Shown: positions 1-9,731 of the stretch, in pieces
Numbering within the stretch: position 1 is the stretch's first letter
Layout: each line of letters opens with the position of its first letter
Assembly (NCBI GenBank): GCA_040902845.1
Contig: JBBDWM010000024.1
Span: 25,854-89,853, forward strand
DNA length: 64,000 nt
Direction: 5' to 3'
Origin: Acidimicrobiia bacterium
GTDB lineage: Bacteria > Actinomycetota > Acidimicrobiia > Spongiisociales > ZC4RG35
Notes under the pieces: generated by a model
The model's input: only the letters and a program-made list of their open reading frames with translations
Databases searched by the model: none
What the model was told of the DNA's origin: nothing
Position numbers and translations under genes: made by a program

Positions 1-870
1 TCGCGAGGCCAGGGCAAGAAGAAGCGCCGAGACAGTTGTCAACACACCCATGAGCCTCAATGTGTTCCCGTGCCCAAACCACTTCTCGGAGACCGAGCCC
101 CACGTGATCCTGGCAGCGACGCCAACGAGCCCAACGCCCGCGATCAGAAGTCCCGCCTTGGACGCGGTCCATCCCTGGTCCTCCTCGGCAAAAAGTGGAA
201 GAAAGGTAAACGTTGCGGAAGTCGCCATGCCCGCGAGGCTTCCGTACACCGCGATGTACCGCACGACCAACGGCAGCCGGTCGCTCTCACCCGACCGCGC
301 TATGGGGTGGTGTGTCCCCTCCGGACGGCGCCACATCGCAAGGAGCGCCCCAAAGGGCACGACGAGAAAGGCCGCGATCGCCACCCGCCAGTCCCAGATG
401 GTGGCCACCGTTGTGAGCAACAGCCCACCGATGAAAGTCCCCATCTGGACACCTGACTGCTTGATCCCGGTCACCACGCCTCTGGCTCCGGATGGCAGGT
501 TGTCGACTATCAGGGCGTTTGTGGCGGGGTTGGCCCATCCCTGGGGGATCCCCGTGAACACTGCAACAAGGAGCAGTACCACGTAGGTCGGAGCCAGAGA
601 GATCAAGGTCAGGCTGACGACACCAGCCAACAGCACTCCGATCGTCGAGCGGACGGCGCCGACGCGATCCGTGACCCGCCCCAACGTGGGCGAGAGGAAA
701 GCCCCGGTCAAGGCGGTGGCAGTGACCAGCGCCCCTACCTGCCAACGTGCCACGTCGAAGTCCACTTTGAGGTCGGCTGCTAACACGCCAAACATGACCT
801 GGGGGAAGGTGGCCACAGCCATGGTGGCCGCGGCGACGGCGGCAAGTGAGGCCCTGTTGAATGGACGCAT
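1..870 (-). CDS. MFS transporter, N-terminal 290 aa (gene runs off the window start)
   Basis: Reverse-strand translation from the ATG at 870 gives MRPFNRASLAAVAAATMAVATFPQVMFGVLAADL..., with about 8 hydrophobic helices and the GRVTDRVG / PQGWANP motifs typical of MFS. It is absent from the ORF track because it touches the window edge. GC3 is high. Confidence 0.6.
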   Translation of the reverse strand, partial: MRPFNRASLAAVAAATMAVATFPQVMFGVLAADLKVDFDVARWQVGALVTATALTGAFLSPTLGRVTDRVGAVRSTIGVLLAGVVSLTLISLAPTYVVLLLVAVFTGIPQGWANPATNALIVDNLPSGARGVVTGIKQSGVQMGTFIGGLLLTTVATIWDWRVAIAAFLVVPFGALLAMWRRPEGTHHPIARSGESDRLPLVVRYIAVYGSLAGMATSATFTFLPLFAEEDQGWTASKAGLLIAGVGLVGVAARITWGSVSEKWFGHGNTLRLMGVLTTVSALLLALASR

Positions 871-905
871 CGACCCAACATAGGTGACAACTAGCTTGTC
901 TCCTC

Positions 906-1946
906 ATGTCTACGACACGGATCGCAGTGGGCACCCACAAGGGCGGATATGTAGTCGAGGGCAGCGGCCGCCAATGGTCGATCAAGGAGCCGCTCTTCCC
1001 CGGGTGGAAAGTGACTGCTTTCGGACGGGCCCCGAACGGGACAAATCTGGCCGCGGTCGGGAGCAACTGGTTCGGAGTCGGAATCCACACCAGTTCCAAC
1101 CTCCAGAACTGGGAACAGACCGATAGCCCGCCCGCCTGGCCCGAAGGTGGTGGTCGCAAGATGGAGCAGGTTTGGGCGATTCACAATGACGGCGCTCGTC
1201 TTTGGGCGGGTGTTTCCGAAGCCGGTTTGTTCAGCTCGGACGACGAGGGTCGGACCTGGGCCCCTATCGCCGGCCTCAACGAGCACGAGACCCGACCCGA
1301 ATGGAAGCCGGGGTTTGGTGGCCTGTGCGCCCATCGCATCCTCACGGCTGGCAGCCAGATCTGGGTCGGGATCTCGGCCGTGGGAGTCTTTCGCTCGGAC
1401 GACGGCGCCCATACCTGGCACCCCAAGAACGATGGAGTCCCACCCGCGGGCCTTGCCGGGGGTGCTCCCCGGCCCGATGTCGGTTACTGCGTGCACGGAC
1501 TCGCCCAGGACCCGAATAATCCCAATCGAATCTGGCGTCAGGACCACGCCGGGATGTTCCGCACCAATGATGGTGGAGACACCTGGGAGCTGATCGAGAA
1601 CGGTCTGCCTTCGGGATTCGGATTCGTGATCTGGAGGGACGACAGCAGTGGCAGACTCTTCACGATCCCTCTGACTTCGGACGAGAACCGGGTGCCCGTC
1701 GGCGGAGAGCTTCGTGTCTATGCGTCGGATGACGACGGTGAGAACTGGCAGGTGGCAGGGTCGGGATGGTCGGAAGCCCCTCAGTACACCGGGGTTCTGC
1801 GAGGCGCTTTCGACGGTGACAACCAGGGGCAGTTCTGCTTCGGCACCACCGGGGGGAAGTTGTGGCTCACCGATGACAACGGGAACGGCTGGCAGGAGTT
1901 GGCGCCCAGCTTCCCCCGGATCGACTCGATCCGGCTGCTCTCATGA
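906..1946 (+). CDS. BNR/Asp-box repeat beta-propeller protein (sialidase/Ycf48-like), apparently cytoplasmic
   Basis: It has five Asp-box motifs (SSDDEGRTW, RSDDGAHTW, RTNDGGDTW, ASDDDGENW, LTDDNGNGW) and no signal peptide. Confidence 0.6.
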   Translation: MSTTRIAVGTHKGGYVVEGSGRQWSIKEPLFPGWKVTAFGRAPNGTNLAAVGSNWFGVGIHTSSNLQNWEQTDSPPAWPEGGGRKMEQVWAIHNDGARLWAGVSEAGLFSSDDEGRTWAPIAGLNEHETRPEWKPGFGGLCAHRILTAGSQIWVGISAVGVFRSDDGAHTWHPKNDGVPPAGLAGGAPRPDVGYCVHGLAQDPNNPNRIWRQDHAGMFRTNDGGDTWELIENGLPSGFGFVIWRDDSSGRLFTIPLTSDENRVPVGGELRVYASDDDGENWQVAGSGWSEAPQYTGVLRGAFDGDNQGQFCFGTTGGKLWLTDDNGNGWQELAPSFPRIDSIRLLS

Positions 1947-2206
1947 CTGTCAAGGTCCGACTGCCCCGGATCCTGACTCAGACAGTCAGAGCGGGACTCC
2001 GTCATGAGGTGACAGGAGGCGATGTGGGACAGGTTCTTAACCGCCTGTTCGAAACCGAGCCAGGCCTCCGCAATCACCTGATCGACGAGGACGGCCAGAT
2101 CCGCACCCACGTCCTGGTATTCGTCGACGGTGAACGCGCCGACCTCACCACTCCTGTCCCCGACGGCGGTGAAGTTCAGGTGCTACAGGCCGTCAGCGGC
2201 GGGTGA
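1943..2206 (+). CDS. MoaD/ThiS-family ubiquitin-like sulfur-carrier protein with C-terminal GlyGly
   Basis: The 87-aa protein ends ...VQVLQAVSGG-stop. Its ATG overlaps the upstream stop (ATGA). It has the beta-grasp size and the GG terminus characteristic of MoaD/ThiS/CysO. Confidence 0.6.
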   Translation: MTVKVRLPRILTQTVRAGLRHEVTGGDVGQVLNRLFETEPGLRNHLIDEDGQIRTHVLVFVDGERADLTTPVPDGGEVQVLQAVSGG

Positions 2207-2626
2207 CCCGGCGCCGGGAACGACCCGCGTCGGACGACTGAAGACAAACCAGAGGGCAAACACCCCGACCGCGCCAAGGATGATCCTCAACACGACAACG
2301 TCGATGAGGACGATGGCCGAGAGCCCGAGAGAAAGCGTGATGGCGACGGCAGCGATCCACTTCATGCGGATGGTGAGGCCACCTGAGCGGTAGCCCTTGA
2401 TCATCTTTCCGTACACCGGGTGGTTGACCAGCCATCCGTGGAGCTTGTCGGAGGACATCGAAAAGAAGAAGGCGGCCAGGATCACAAAGTCGAAAGTCGG
2501 AATCCCGGGAAGGAAGCTGATGGCCACGAACCCGAGGCAGATGAGCCCGAGAACCAGATAGATCCCGCGCAGGACACGGCTGCGTGGCTTTCGGGACGCG
2601 ACAGGTTGGTCGACGCTTGGCGTCAC
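2183..2626 (-). CDS. YbaN/DUF454 family inner-membrane protein
   Basis: The 147-aa protein has 3-4 TM helices, with LRGIYLVLGLICLGFVAISFLPGIPTFDFVILAAFFF typical of DUF454. Confidence 0.6.
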   Translation of the reverse strand: MTPSVDQPVASRKPRSRVLRGIYLVLGLICLGFVAISFLPGIPTFDFVILAAFFFSMSSDKLHGWLVNHPVYGKMIKGYRSGGLTIRMKWIAAVAITLSLGLSAIVLIDVVVLRIILGAVGVFALWFVFSRPTRVVPGAGSPAADGL

Positions 2627-2670
2627 CTCGCCAACCTATTGCACGGGGTTTCTGACGGCGAGTCGGGAAA

Positions 2671-2780
2671 ACCGTTTGCCGTTAACCGTTAACCGTTAAC
2701 CGTAAAACGGAGACCACGCAGTACCGGGCTACTCTCGGCGTTGAACGGAAAACGCAGAACGGGAAACGGAAAACGGAACC
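2671..2780. repeat. Inverted arrays of 7-bp-period tandem repeats, (CCGTTAA)n then (AACGGAA/AACGCAG)n, in the divergent ybaN/fba promoter region
   Basis: The first half reads accgtttgCCGTTAACCGTTAACCGTTAACCGTAAAACGG and the second half reads gAACGGAAAACGCAGAACGGGAAACGGAAAACGGAACC. The halves are mutual reverse complements in motif type. The stretch is AT-rich relative to the genome. Confidence 0.7.
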
Positions 2781-3809
2781 ATGCCCATCGTCACGCCCGA
2801 GAAGTACCGAAAGATGTTCCAGGCCGCCCGGGAGGGTGGCTACGCCTTCCCCGCCATCAACGTGGCCGCTTCCACCACCCTGCTGGCGGCCCTCGAGGGC
2901 TTCAGCGAAGCGCGATCCGACGGGATCGTCCAGGTCTCCTACGGCGCAGCCGAATTCGCCTCCGGTCAGTCCAATAAGGACATGCCGACGGGGGCCCGCG
3001 CCCTGGCCGAGTTCGCCCACGTGGTGGCCGAGCAGTACCCGGTGAACATCGCTCTCCACACCGACCACTGCCCAGCCAATCGTGTGGACGGATTCATCCG
3101 TCCCCTCCTCGAGGTGAGCAGGCAACGCAAGGCAGCCGGGCTGGGTCCGCTCTTCCAATCCCACATGCTGGACGCCTCGGACCTACCCATGGAGGAGAAC
3201 CTGGCGCTGGCCGCCGACCTGTTGGCGACCTGTTCCGAACTGGAGATCATCCTCGAGTTGGAAATCGGCATCGTGGGCGGGGTCGAGGACGCCAGCGACA
3301 ACGAAAACATCGACCGGGGGAAGATGTACACCTCGCCCGAGGACATGGTGCGGGTCACCGAGGTCCTCGGCGCCTCAGAGGGTGGCCGATACCTGCTGGC
3401 CGCGGTCTTCGGCAACGTGCATGGTGTCTACAAGCCGGGCGCGGTCAAACTGAGCCCTGCGATCCTCCGCGACGGCCAGGAGGCGGTCGAGGCCGGATAT
3501 GGCGATACGGCTCGTCACTATCTGGTCTTCCATGGGGGCAGCGGCTCGACACTGGAAGAGATCCGGGAGACGCTCGGCTACGGGGTGGTGAAGATGAACA
3601 TCGACACCGACTGTCAGTACGCCTATACCCGACCCATCGTGGACCACGTGATGACCAACTACGCAGGGGTTCTCAAGGTCGATGGCAACGTGGGTGACAA
3701 GAAGACCTACGACCCACGGTCATACATGAGGAAGGGTGAGAGCGGAATGGCGGCCCGGGTGGTAGAGGCGTGCGAGCAACTCCAGTCGTCGGGGAAGACG
3801 ATCGGCTGA
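2781..3809 (+). CDS. fba: Class II fructose-1,6-bisphosphate aldolase
   Basis: The 342-aa protein starts MPIVTPEKYRKMFQAAREGGYAFPAINV and contains HTDHC, matching the actinobacterial Fba length. Confidence 0.9.
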   Translation: MPIVTPEKYRKMFQAAREGGYAFPAINVAASTTLLAALEGFSEARSDGIVQVSYGAAEFASGQSNKDMPTGARALAEFAHVVAEQYPVNIALHTDHCPANRVDGFIRPLLEVSRQRKAAGLGPLFQSHMLDASDLPMEENLALAADLLATCSELEIILELEIGIVGGVEDASDNENIDRGKMYTSPEDMVRVTEVLGASEGGRYLLAAVFGNVHGVYKPGAVKLSPAILRDGQEAVEAGYGDTARHYLVFHGGSGSTLEEIRETLGYGVVKMNIDTDCQYAYTRPIVDHVMTNYAGVLKVDGNVGDKKTYDPRSYMRKGESGMAARVVEACEQLQSSGKTIG

Positions 3810-3810
3810 G

Positions 3811-3993
3811 TTGGGTACCCCACCAGCATCGATCACCTGCGTCGAGTGTGGTGGAACAGCGCACCTCATCTCATTCCTCCCCCCCGACGAAGAGCTGGAG
3901 CCGGGTACGGCTGTCGCCTATCGGTGTGCCGAATGTCTGGATCGTTTCGACGTGGTGTGGGAAGAGGGAGACGACGATGCCTCGCCCGATTGA
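3811..3993 (+). CDS. Zinc-ribbon microprotein (two CxxC pairs), TTG start
   Basis: The 60-aa protein has CVECGG...26 aa...CAEC. It starts 1 nt after the fba stop and its C-terminus overlaps the next gene's start. Confidence 0.4.
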   Translation: MGTPPASITCVECGGTAHLISFLPPDEELEPGTAVAYRCAECLDRFDVVWEEGDDDASPD

Positions 3994-4327
3994 CGCCGAG
4001 TTGGCCAGACACCGCACCGTCGATCTCACCACCATTGGACGGCGGACACGCCAGTCGCGTCGCATCGAGATCTGGTGGTTCTACGTCGAAGGTCGCTTCT
4101 TCATCACCGGAACGCCCGGGGCCAGGGACTGGTACGCCAACTTAAACGCGGACCCCAAGGTGGTCATCCACGTAGGGGGACACGATCTACCTGCAACGGC
4201 CCACCAGGTGAAGGATGCGGAGACTCGAACCAAGGTCTTCGATTCCGCGCTGACCAGGTGGTACTCCAGCCAGGCACAACGGCAACGGTTGATCGATCAG
4301 GCCCCGATGGTGGAAATCAGGTTCTAG
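3977..4327 (+). CDS. F420H2-dependent nitroreductase-family protein (DUF385, Ddn-like split-barrel)
   Basis: An internal ATG gives a 117-aa protein, MPRPIDAELARHRTVDL...RRIEIWWFYVEGRFFITGTPGARDWYANLNADPKVVIH. The long track ORF 3770-4327 has an R-rich spurious N-terminus. Confidence 0.6.
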   Translation: MPRPIDAELARHRTVDLTTIGRRTRQSRRIEIWWFYVEGRFFITGTPGARDWYANLNADPKVVIHVGGHDLPATAHQVKDAETRTKVFDSALTRWYSSQAQRQRLIDQAPMVEIRF

Positions 4328-4392
4328 ACGGCAGCCCCGGCCGCCGCGTCGCGAGACGTTCGAAGTCGGCGTGCAATTGAGGCATTCAACTT

Positions 4393-5043
4393 GTGAGTGA
4401 GTACTCACTCAGTTATCCTCCCCCGCCCGTGACCTCCAAATCCACCAGAGCTGAGCCACTGGCTCCCGACGACCGCCGTCGCGCCATCATCGCCGCCGTC
4501 ATCCCCCTCCTCACCCAGCACGGGGCGGCGGTGACCACCAAGCAGATGGCCGAAGCGGCCGGCATCGCCGAGGGCACCATCTTCCGGGTCTTTCCCGACA
4601 AGGCGGCCTTGATCCACGAGGCGGTCAGATTCAGCATGGATCCGGCACCGGTTGAAAAGGGCCTGTCGGAGATCTCGGCTTCGGCTCCCATCAAGATCCA
4701 GTTGGCTGAAGCCGCCGACATCATCCTGGAACGCTTCGAAGGAGTCATCGCACTGATCACCGCCCTTCGCACCTCACCTTCGAGCGACTCGACCCCGCTC
4801 CCAAGTCCGCCGGCCTTCGTGGCCGAAGCGAATGCAGCCATCAACCATTCCCTGACCGAGTTGTTCGCACGACACCGCGATCTCCTGCGGATCGAGCCTT
4901 CTCGGGCAGCAGCCGCCTTTCGGGCTCTCATCTTCGCCGGCGGCCATCCGATGACGAGCCGAGGACAGAAGCTCACCGTCAGCGAGATCGTCGATGTGCT
5001 GCTCTCCGGGATCCTCGATCCGGTTGTAGAGGAGGTGATCTGA
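4393..5043 (+). CDS. TetR-family transcriptional regulator
   Basis: It has an N-terminal HTH (TTKQMAEAAGIAEGTIFRVFPDKAAL). It precedes, and is stop/start overlapped with, the ABC exporter pair. The true start may be a downstream GTG. Confidence 0.8.
   Translation: MSEYSLSYPPPPVTSKSTRAEPLAPDDRRRAIIAAVIPLLTQHGAAVTTKQMAEAAGIAEGTIFRVFPDKAALIHEAVRFSMDPAPVEKGLSEISASAPIKIQLAEAADIILERFEGVIALITALRTSPSSDSTPLPSPPAFVAEANAAINHSLTELFARHRDLLRIEPSRAAAAFRALIFAGGHPMTSRGQKLTVSEIVDVLLSGILDPVVEEVI
4394..4411. promoter_or_regulatory. 18-bp perfect palindrome TGAGTGAGTACTCACTCA at the TetR start; candidate autoregulatory operator
   Basis: It is a perfect inverted repeat overlapping the annotated GTG of the TetR gene. 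TetR regulators typically bind palindromes in their own promoter. Confidence 0.5.
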
Positions 5044-6776
5044 TGTTGCTTCGTATCGCCAGGGAGTACCTCAGGCCCTACAAGAAATGGCTGACCATCG
5101 TGGTGGTTCTCCAAGCGATTGGGACCATCGCCTCGCTGTATCTCCCAAGCCTGAATGCAGACATCATTGACAACGGCGTAGTGGCCGGAGACACCGCGTA
5201 CATAGTCCGTGTCGGTGTCGTGATGCTGGCCGTCTCGCTGCTGCAGGTGGTCTGCTCTATCACCGCCGTCTACTTCGCAGCACGCACCGCAATGAGCTTC
5301 GGTCGTGAGCTGAGGTCATCGATCTTCCATCGGGTGGCCGAATTCTCGAGTCGCGAGGTGGCCGGATTCGGGGCGCCTTCCCTCATCACTCGAAACACCA
5401 ACGACGTCCAACAAGTCCAGATGCTGGCCCTGATGACCCTCACCATGATGGTGATGGCCCCGATCATGATGGTCGGAGGCGTGATCATGGCGCTTCGCCA
5501 GGATGTCGGCCTCTCCTGGTTGGTCTTGGTTGCCGTCCCGGCCCTCGGGGTGATAGTCAGCTTCATCATTTCCCGAATGGTCCCTGCCTACCGGGTGATG
5601 CAGAAGCGCATCGACACCGTCAACCGGGTGCTGCGGGAGCAAACCTCCGGCATCCGGGTCCTCCGCGCTTTCGTCCGGGAACCGTTCGAAACCGAGAGGT
5701 TTGGACGGGCCAATCGAGAGTTAACAGACGTCTCTGTAACGGTCGGGCGTTGGATGGCCGCCATGTTCCCCGCGGTGATCCTGGTGCTGAACGTCGCATC
5801 CGTCGCGGTGCTCTGGTTCGGCGGCATCAGGGTCGACGCCGGAGTCATGGAGATCGGTTCTCTGACGGCCTTTCTGGCCTATCTGGTCCAGATCCTGATG
5901 TCGGTGATGATGGCGACCTTCATGCTGGTGATGGTGCCCAGGGCATCCGTCTCCGCCGACCGCATCGCCGAGGTGCTCGACACCGAGTCCTCTGTCGTGC
6001 CACCGGCCTCAGGTGTCACCGAGGTCAAAGGACGTGGCGAACTCGAATTGCGCGGTGTTGGGTTCAGCTATCCAGGGGCGAGCCATCCGGTACTCCACGA
6101 TGTCACATTCTCGGCCCGCCCAGGTCAGACCACCGCCATTGTCGGCTCCACGGGCGCTGGCAAGACAACCTTGATCAACCTCATCCCCCGCCTCTTCGAC
6201 ACCACCGAGGGAAGTGTCCTGGTCGATGGCGTCGATGTCCGTGAACTCGATCCCGACACGCTCTGGTCCAAGGTGGGTCTTGTTCCCCAAAAGCCATATC
6301 TCTTCTCCGGAACCGTTGCCTCGAATCTGCGCTACGGAAAACCGGCCGCAACTAAAGAGGAGATGTGGGAGGCGCTCGAGATTGCCCAGGCACGTGACTT
6401 TGTCGAGGAGATGCCAGACGGGCTCGAGGCGCCTATCTCCCAGGGTGGCACCAACGTATCTGGAGGACAACGTCAACGGCTCGCCATCGCTCGGGCGCTT
6501 ATCCGCCGTCCCGAGCTCTACCTCTTCGACGATTCCTTCTCGGCGCTCGATCTCGCCACCGACGCCCGGCTGCGACGCGCTCTGAAACCGACCACGGCCG
6601 ATGCCACCGTCGTGATCGTTGCCCAGCGGGTGTCCACCATTGCCGACGCTGACCAGATCCTCGTCCTCGAGGCTGGGGTGGTTGTTGGGCTCGGTACTCA
6701 CAACTCGCTGTTGGCGACCTGCCCGACATACATCGAGATCGTTGAGTCGCAGCTGAGGGCCGAGGTGGCCTCGTGA
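5043..6776 (+). CDS. ABC transporter permease/ATP-binding protein (type I exporter half-transporter)
   Basis: It has six TM helices followed by an NBD with Walker [10 protein letters not shown], signature [15 protein letters not shown] and Walker [13 protein letters not shown]. Confidence 0.9.
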   Translation: MLLRIAREYLRPYKKWLTIVVVLQAIGTIASLYLPSLNADIIDNGVVAGDTAYIVRVGVVMLAVSLLQVVCSITAVYFAARTAMSFGRELRSSIFHRVAEFSSREVAGFGAPSLITRNTNDVQQVQMLALMTLTMMVMAPIMMVGGVIMALRQDVGLSWLVLVAVPALGVIVSFIISRMVPAYRVMQKRIDTVNRVLREQTSGIRVLRAFVREPFETERFGRANRELTDVSVTVGRWMAAMFPAVILVLNVASVAVLWFGGIRVDAGVMEIGSLTAFLAYLVQILMSVMMATFMLVMVPRASVSADRIAEVLDTESSVVPPASGVTEVKGRGELELRGVGFSYPGASHPVLHDVTFSARPGQTTAIVGSTGAGKTTLINLIPRLFDTTEGSVLVDGVDVRELDPDTLWSKVGLVPQKPYLFSGTVASNLRYGKPAATKEEMWEALEIAQARDFVEEMPDGLEAPISQGGTNVSGGQRQRLAIARALIRRPELYLFDDSFSALDLATDARLRRALKPTTADATVVIVAQRVSTIADADQILVLEAGVVVGLGTHNSLLATCPTYIEIVESQLRAEVAS

Positions 6777-8764
6777 GCGATCGGACGATGAAGGCAACCG
6801 AACGGATCCAGGGTCAGCCCGGCCCGGGTCGAGGCCCCTTCGGCGGTGGAATGATCGGTCAGAAATCCTCAGCCTTCGGCCCTTCAGCCAGACGTTTGAT
6901 GGGCCGCCTGCGACCTCAGCAGGCGAAAGTCATCGCAGTATTCGCTGCCGGAACGATGAGCGTGGCCCTTTCCGCGATTGGTCCCAAAGTCCTGGGCACA
7001 GCCACAGACTTGATATTCGCCGGGGCGATTGGCAGGAGTCTCCCGACCGGGATCACGAAAGCAGAAGCCATCGCCGGAGCCCAGGCTTCGGGCCAGAATC
7101 AGTTCGCCGCTTTGCTCTCTGGGATGAAGGTCGTGCCCGGACAGGGCATTGACTTCGCGGCTCTCGGCCAGGTGCTCATGGTCGTGCTTGCCCTCTATGT
7201 CGGATCGGCACTGCTCGGGTACCTTCAGGGCTTCCTCCTGAACGACGTGGTGCAGCGAACTGTGTTCCGTTTGCGCTCAGACGTCGAAGACAAGTTGAAC
7301 CGGCTCCCGCTCCGCTACTTCGATCGGCAGCCCCGAGGGGAACTACTGAGTCGGGTGACGAATGACATCGACAATGTCTCACAGAGCCTTCAACAGACGA
7401 TGAGCCAGCTCCTGACTTCGCTGCTGACGATCGTGTTCGTAATGGGGATGATGTTCTACATCTCCCCCACCCTGGCGCTCATCGCCCTCGTGACTATCCC
7501 GATCACAATGGTCATCGCAGGGCTGGTCATGCGAAAGTCCCAACGGCAGTTCGTCTCTCAGTGGAGACGCACCGGCAGCCTGAACGCCCAGATCGAAGAG
7601 TCGTTCACCGGGCATTCCTTGGTCAAGATCTTCGGCCGCCAGAAAGAGGTGCAGGCCACCTTCGAGGTTGAGAACGATGGGCTATACGAGGCCAGCTTCC
7701 GGGCCCAGTTTCTCTCGGGGCTCATCATGCCGATCATGATGTTCATTGGGAACCTGAACTACGTGATCATCGCCGTGGTTGGAGGGCTTCGAGTCGCCAG
7801 CGGGACCATGAGCCTCGGCGACGTGCAGGCGTTCGTTCAGTACTCACGCCAATTCACCCAGCCAGTCACCCAGGTCGCCTCAATGGTCAACCTTCTGCAA
7901 TCAGGTGTGGCATCGGCCGAGCGGGTCTTCGAGCTGCTCGACGCCGAAGAGGAAGTTCCGGATGACCACCATCCCAGCATGGTGGGAGAAAGACACGGCC
8001 GTGTCGTTTTCGAAGATGTGTCCTTCAAGTACGAAGAGGACCGCCCCCTTATCGAGGATCTGAGCTTGAACATCGAGCCGGGCCATACGGTGGCCATCGT
8101 CGGCCCCAACGGCGCAGGCAAGACGACGTTGGTGAATCTGATTATGCGGTTCTACGAGCTCGATGAGGGTCGCATCTCGATCGACGGTATCGACATCGCC
8201 CGGCTGCGCCGGTCCGACCTTCGCTCCGGGATCGGCATGGTGCTCCAGGACACCTGGTTGTTCCATGGGACGATTCGGGAGAACATCGCCTACGGGCGGC
8301 CCAACGCGACCGAGGACGAGATCATGGAGGCGGCCCAGGCCACGTTCGTCGATCGCTTCGTCCACAGTCTCCCGGACGGTTACGACACCGTCATCGACGA
8401 CGAAGGCGCAAGCGTCAGCACCGGGGAGAAGCAGTTGATCACCATCGCACGTGCCTTCCTCGCCGACCCCGCGTTGTTGATCCTCGACGAGGCCACCAGT
8501 TCGGTCGATACCCGGACTGAGCTCTTGGTCCAGCACGCGATGGCGGCACTCCGGACCGACCGCACCAGCTTCGTGATTGCCCACCGGCTTTCGACCATCA
8601 GGGACGCCGACCTGATCCTGGTTATGGAACAGGGCCGGATCGTGGAGCAGGGAAACCATTCCGAGCTCATCGCCCTCGACGGGTCCTACGCCACTCTCTA
8701 CAACTCGCAGTTCATGGGATCGGACCAGCCACCGGAGCCCGAGCCGGCGATGAAGGTGGCGTAG
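6773..8764 (+). CDS. ABC transporter permease/ATP-binding protein (partner half-transporter, heterodimeric exporter)
   Basis: It overlaps the first half-transporter by 4 nt. The NBD has GPNGAGKTT, signature [14 protein letters not shown] and [12 protein letters not shown], plus an extended N-terminal extracytoplasmic loop. Confidence 0.9.
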   Translation: MSDRTMKATERIQGQPGPGRGPFGGGMIGQKSSAFGPSARRLMGRLRPQQAKVIAVFAAGTMSVALSAIGPKVLGTATDLIFAGAIGRSLPTGITKAEAIAGAQASGQNQFAALLSGMKVVPGQGIDFAALGQVLMVVLALYVGSALLGYLQGFLLNDVVQRTVFRLRSDVEDKLNRLPLRYFDRQPRGELLSRVTNDIDNVSQSLQQTMSQLLTSLLTIVFVMGMMFYISPTLALIALVTIPITMVIAGLVMRKSQRQFVSQWRRTGSLNAQIEESFTGHSLVKIFGRQKEVQATFEVENDGLYEASFRAQFLSGLIMPIMMFIGNLNYVIIAVVGGLRVASGTMSLGDVQAFVQYSRQFTQPVTQVASMVNLLQSGVASAERVFELLDAEEEVPDDHHPSMVGERHGRVVFEDVSFKYEEDRPLIEDLSLNIEPGHTVAIVGPNGAGKTTLVNLIMRFYELDEGRISIDGIDIARLRRSDLRSGIGMVLQDTWLFHGTIRENIAYGRPNATEDEIMEAAQATFVDRFVHSLPDGYDTVIDDEGASVSTGEKQLITIARAFLADPALLILDEATSSVDTRTELLVQHAMAALRTDRTSFVIAHRLSTIRDADLILVMEQGRIVEQGNHSELIALDGSYATLYNSQFMGSDQPPEPEPAMKVA

Positions 8765-8860
8765 GGCTTAGCCCCCTCGATCGCACTCGCTGCGCTCGTT
8801 GGCGATCGGTCCCCCGCTCCGCAGGGGGACAAGCCTTGGGTGCGAAGCCGACCGGCAATC
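8765..8860 (+). terminator. Conserved 3' element with hairpin GTCCCCCGCTCCGCAGGGGGAC (8809-8830); homologous copy at 58712-58800
   Basis: It has a 7-bp GC stem with an 8-nt loop about 45 nt after the ABC stop. The flanks (TAGG.C..GCCCCCTCG ... GAAGCC.CCGACCGGC) align to the region after the SDR gene. Confidence 0.45.
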
Positions 8861-9731
8861 AATCAGCCCAACGATGGACCCGGATCGCCTCGGGATCGAG
8901 GCCGATTCCCCGACAAAAGACCTCGAAATCCTCGGCCGGCACTCCCCGCCATTCCAGGTCGTCGAGAGTCTCCGCTATCGGCACATCGAGGCGAAGGGTG
9001 GTCAGCTCCCGATAGAGGAAAGCCTCTTCGATGTGCTCGCGCAGGGTTGCCGCCAGCTTGTCCGCGCTGCGCACTGTCACCTGCCAGTCGGCAGAATCAG
9101 CCGGGATCAGCTCCAGACGGGGATACCGGAACAGCATGGTGGAGGCCGATTTCGCCCCCCAGCCCGGGAGCCCGGGGACACCATCGGCGGTGTCCCCCAC
9201 CAGGGCCAGGTAATCGGGGATCGACTCCGGATGGATCCCGAACTTCTCGACGACCGCAGCTTCGTCGAGGATCTTCTGCTCACGCCGGTTGTAGGTCACG
9301 ATGCGATCCCCGATTACCAGCTGGCACAGGTCCTTGTCTGGAGTGGCGATGACGACCTGCTCCACATCCTCCACCCAACGAATCGCTGCAGTTGCGAGGG
9401 CGTCGTCGGCCTCGTGCTCGATGTTGCGCCACACCACGACTCCGATCGCCTCCAGGCCTTCCTCGGCGAGGGGGAACTGCACCAGCAACTCGGGATCCAT
9501 GCCGGCCGAGGTCTTGTAGCCGGCGAACATGTCATTACGAAACGACTCGATCACGGTGTCGAAGCTGGCGGCCAAATGGGTGACACCAGGTTCGCGGAGA
9601 AGGGAGAGCGTCGATTCAATGATCCCGAGTGTCGCCCGAATATCGGAGCCGTCACGTGCCAGGACCGACTCCTTGCGACCGAAGTGGGCCCGGAACAGCT
9701 CATAGGTACCATCGAGGAGGTGGAGACGCAC
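8859..9731 (-). CDS. 5'-3' exonuclease (FEN/Pol I N-terminal domain family)
   Basis: The C-terminal 290 aa of the 430-aa track ORF, from a GTG: (M)RLHLLDGTYELFRAHFG...AVAFD...EADDALATAA...H3TH region. The track's upstream 140 aa are R-rich antisense of the plus-strand small gene. Confidence 0.7.
   Translation of the reverse strand: MRLHLLDGTYELFRAHFGRKESVLARDGSDIRATLGIIESTLSLLREPGVTHLAASFDTVIESFRNDMFAGYKTSAGMDPELLVQFPLAEEGLEAIGVVVWRNIEHEADDALATAAIRWVEDVEQVVIATPDKDLCQLVIGDRIVTYNRREQKILDEAAVVEKFGIHPESIPDYLALVGDTADGVPGLPGWGAKSASTMLFRYPRLELIPADSADWQVTVRSADKLAATLREHIEEAFLYRELTTLRLDVPIAETLDDLEWRGVPAEDFEVFCRGIGLDPEAIRVHRWAD

Noticed and set aside
287-1159. 290-aa minus-strand ORF (MRPPPSGQAGG...) plus several overlapping plus-strand ORFs at 50-586
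   Set aside because: They are R/P/G-rich and sit in frames antisense or offset to the clear MFS transporter gene (1-870, minus strand) and the BNR gene. They are typical high-GC artefacts.
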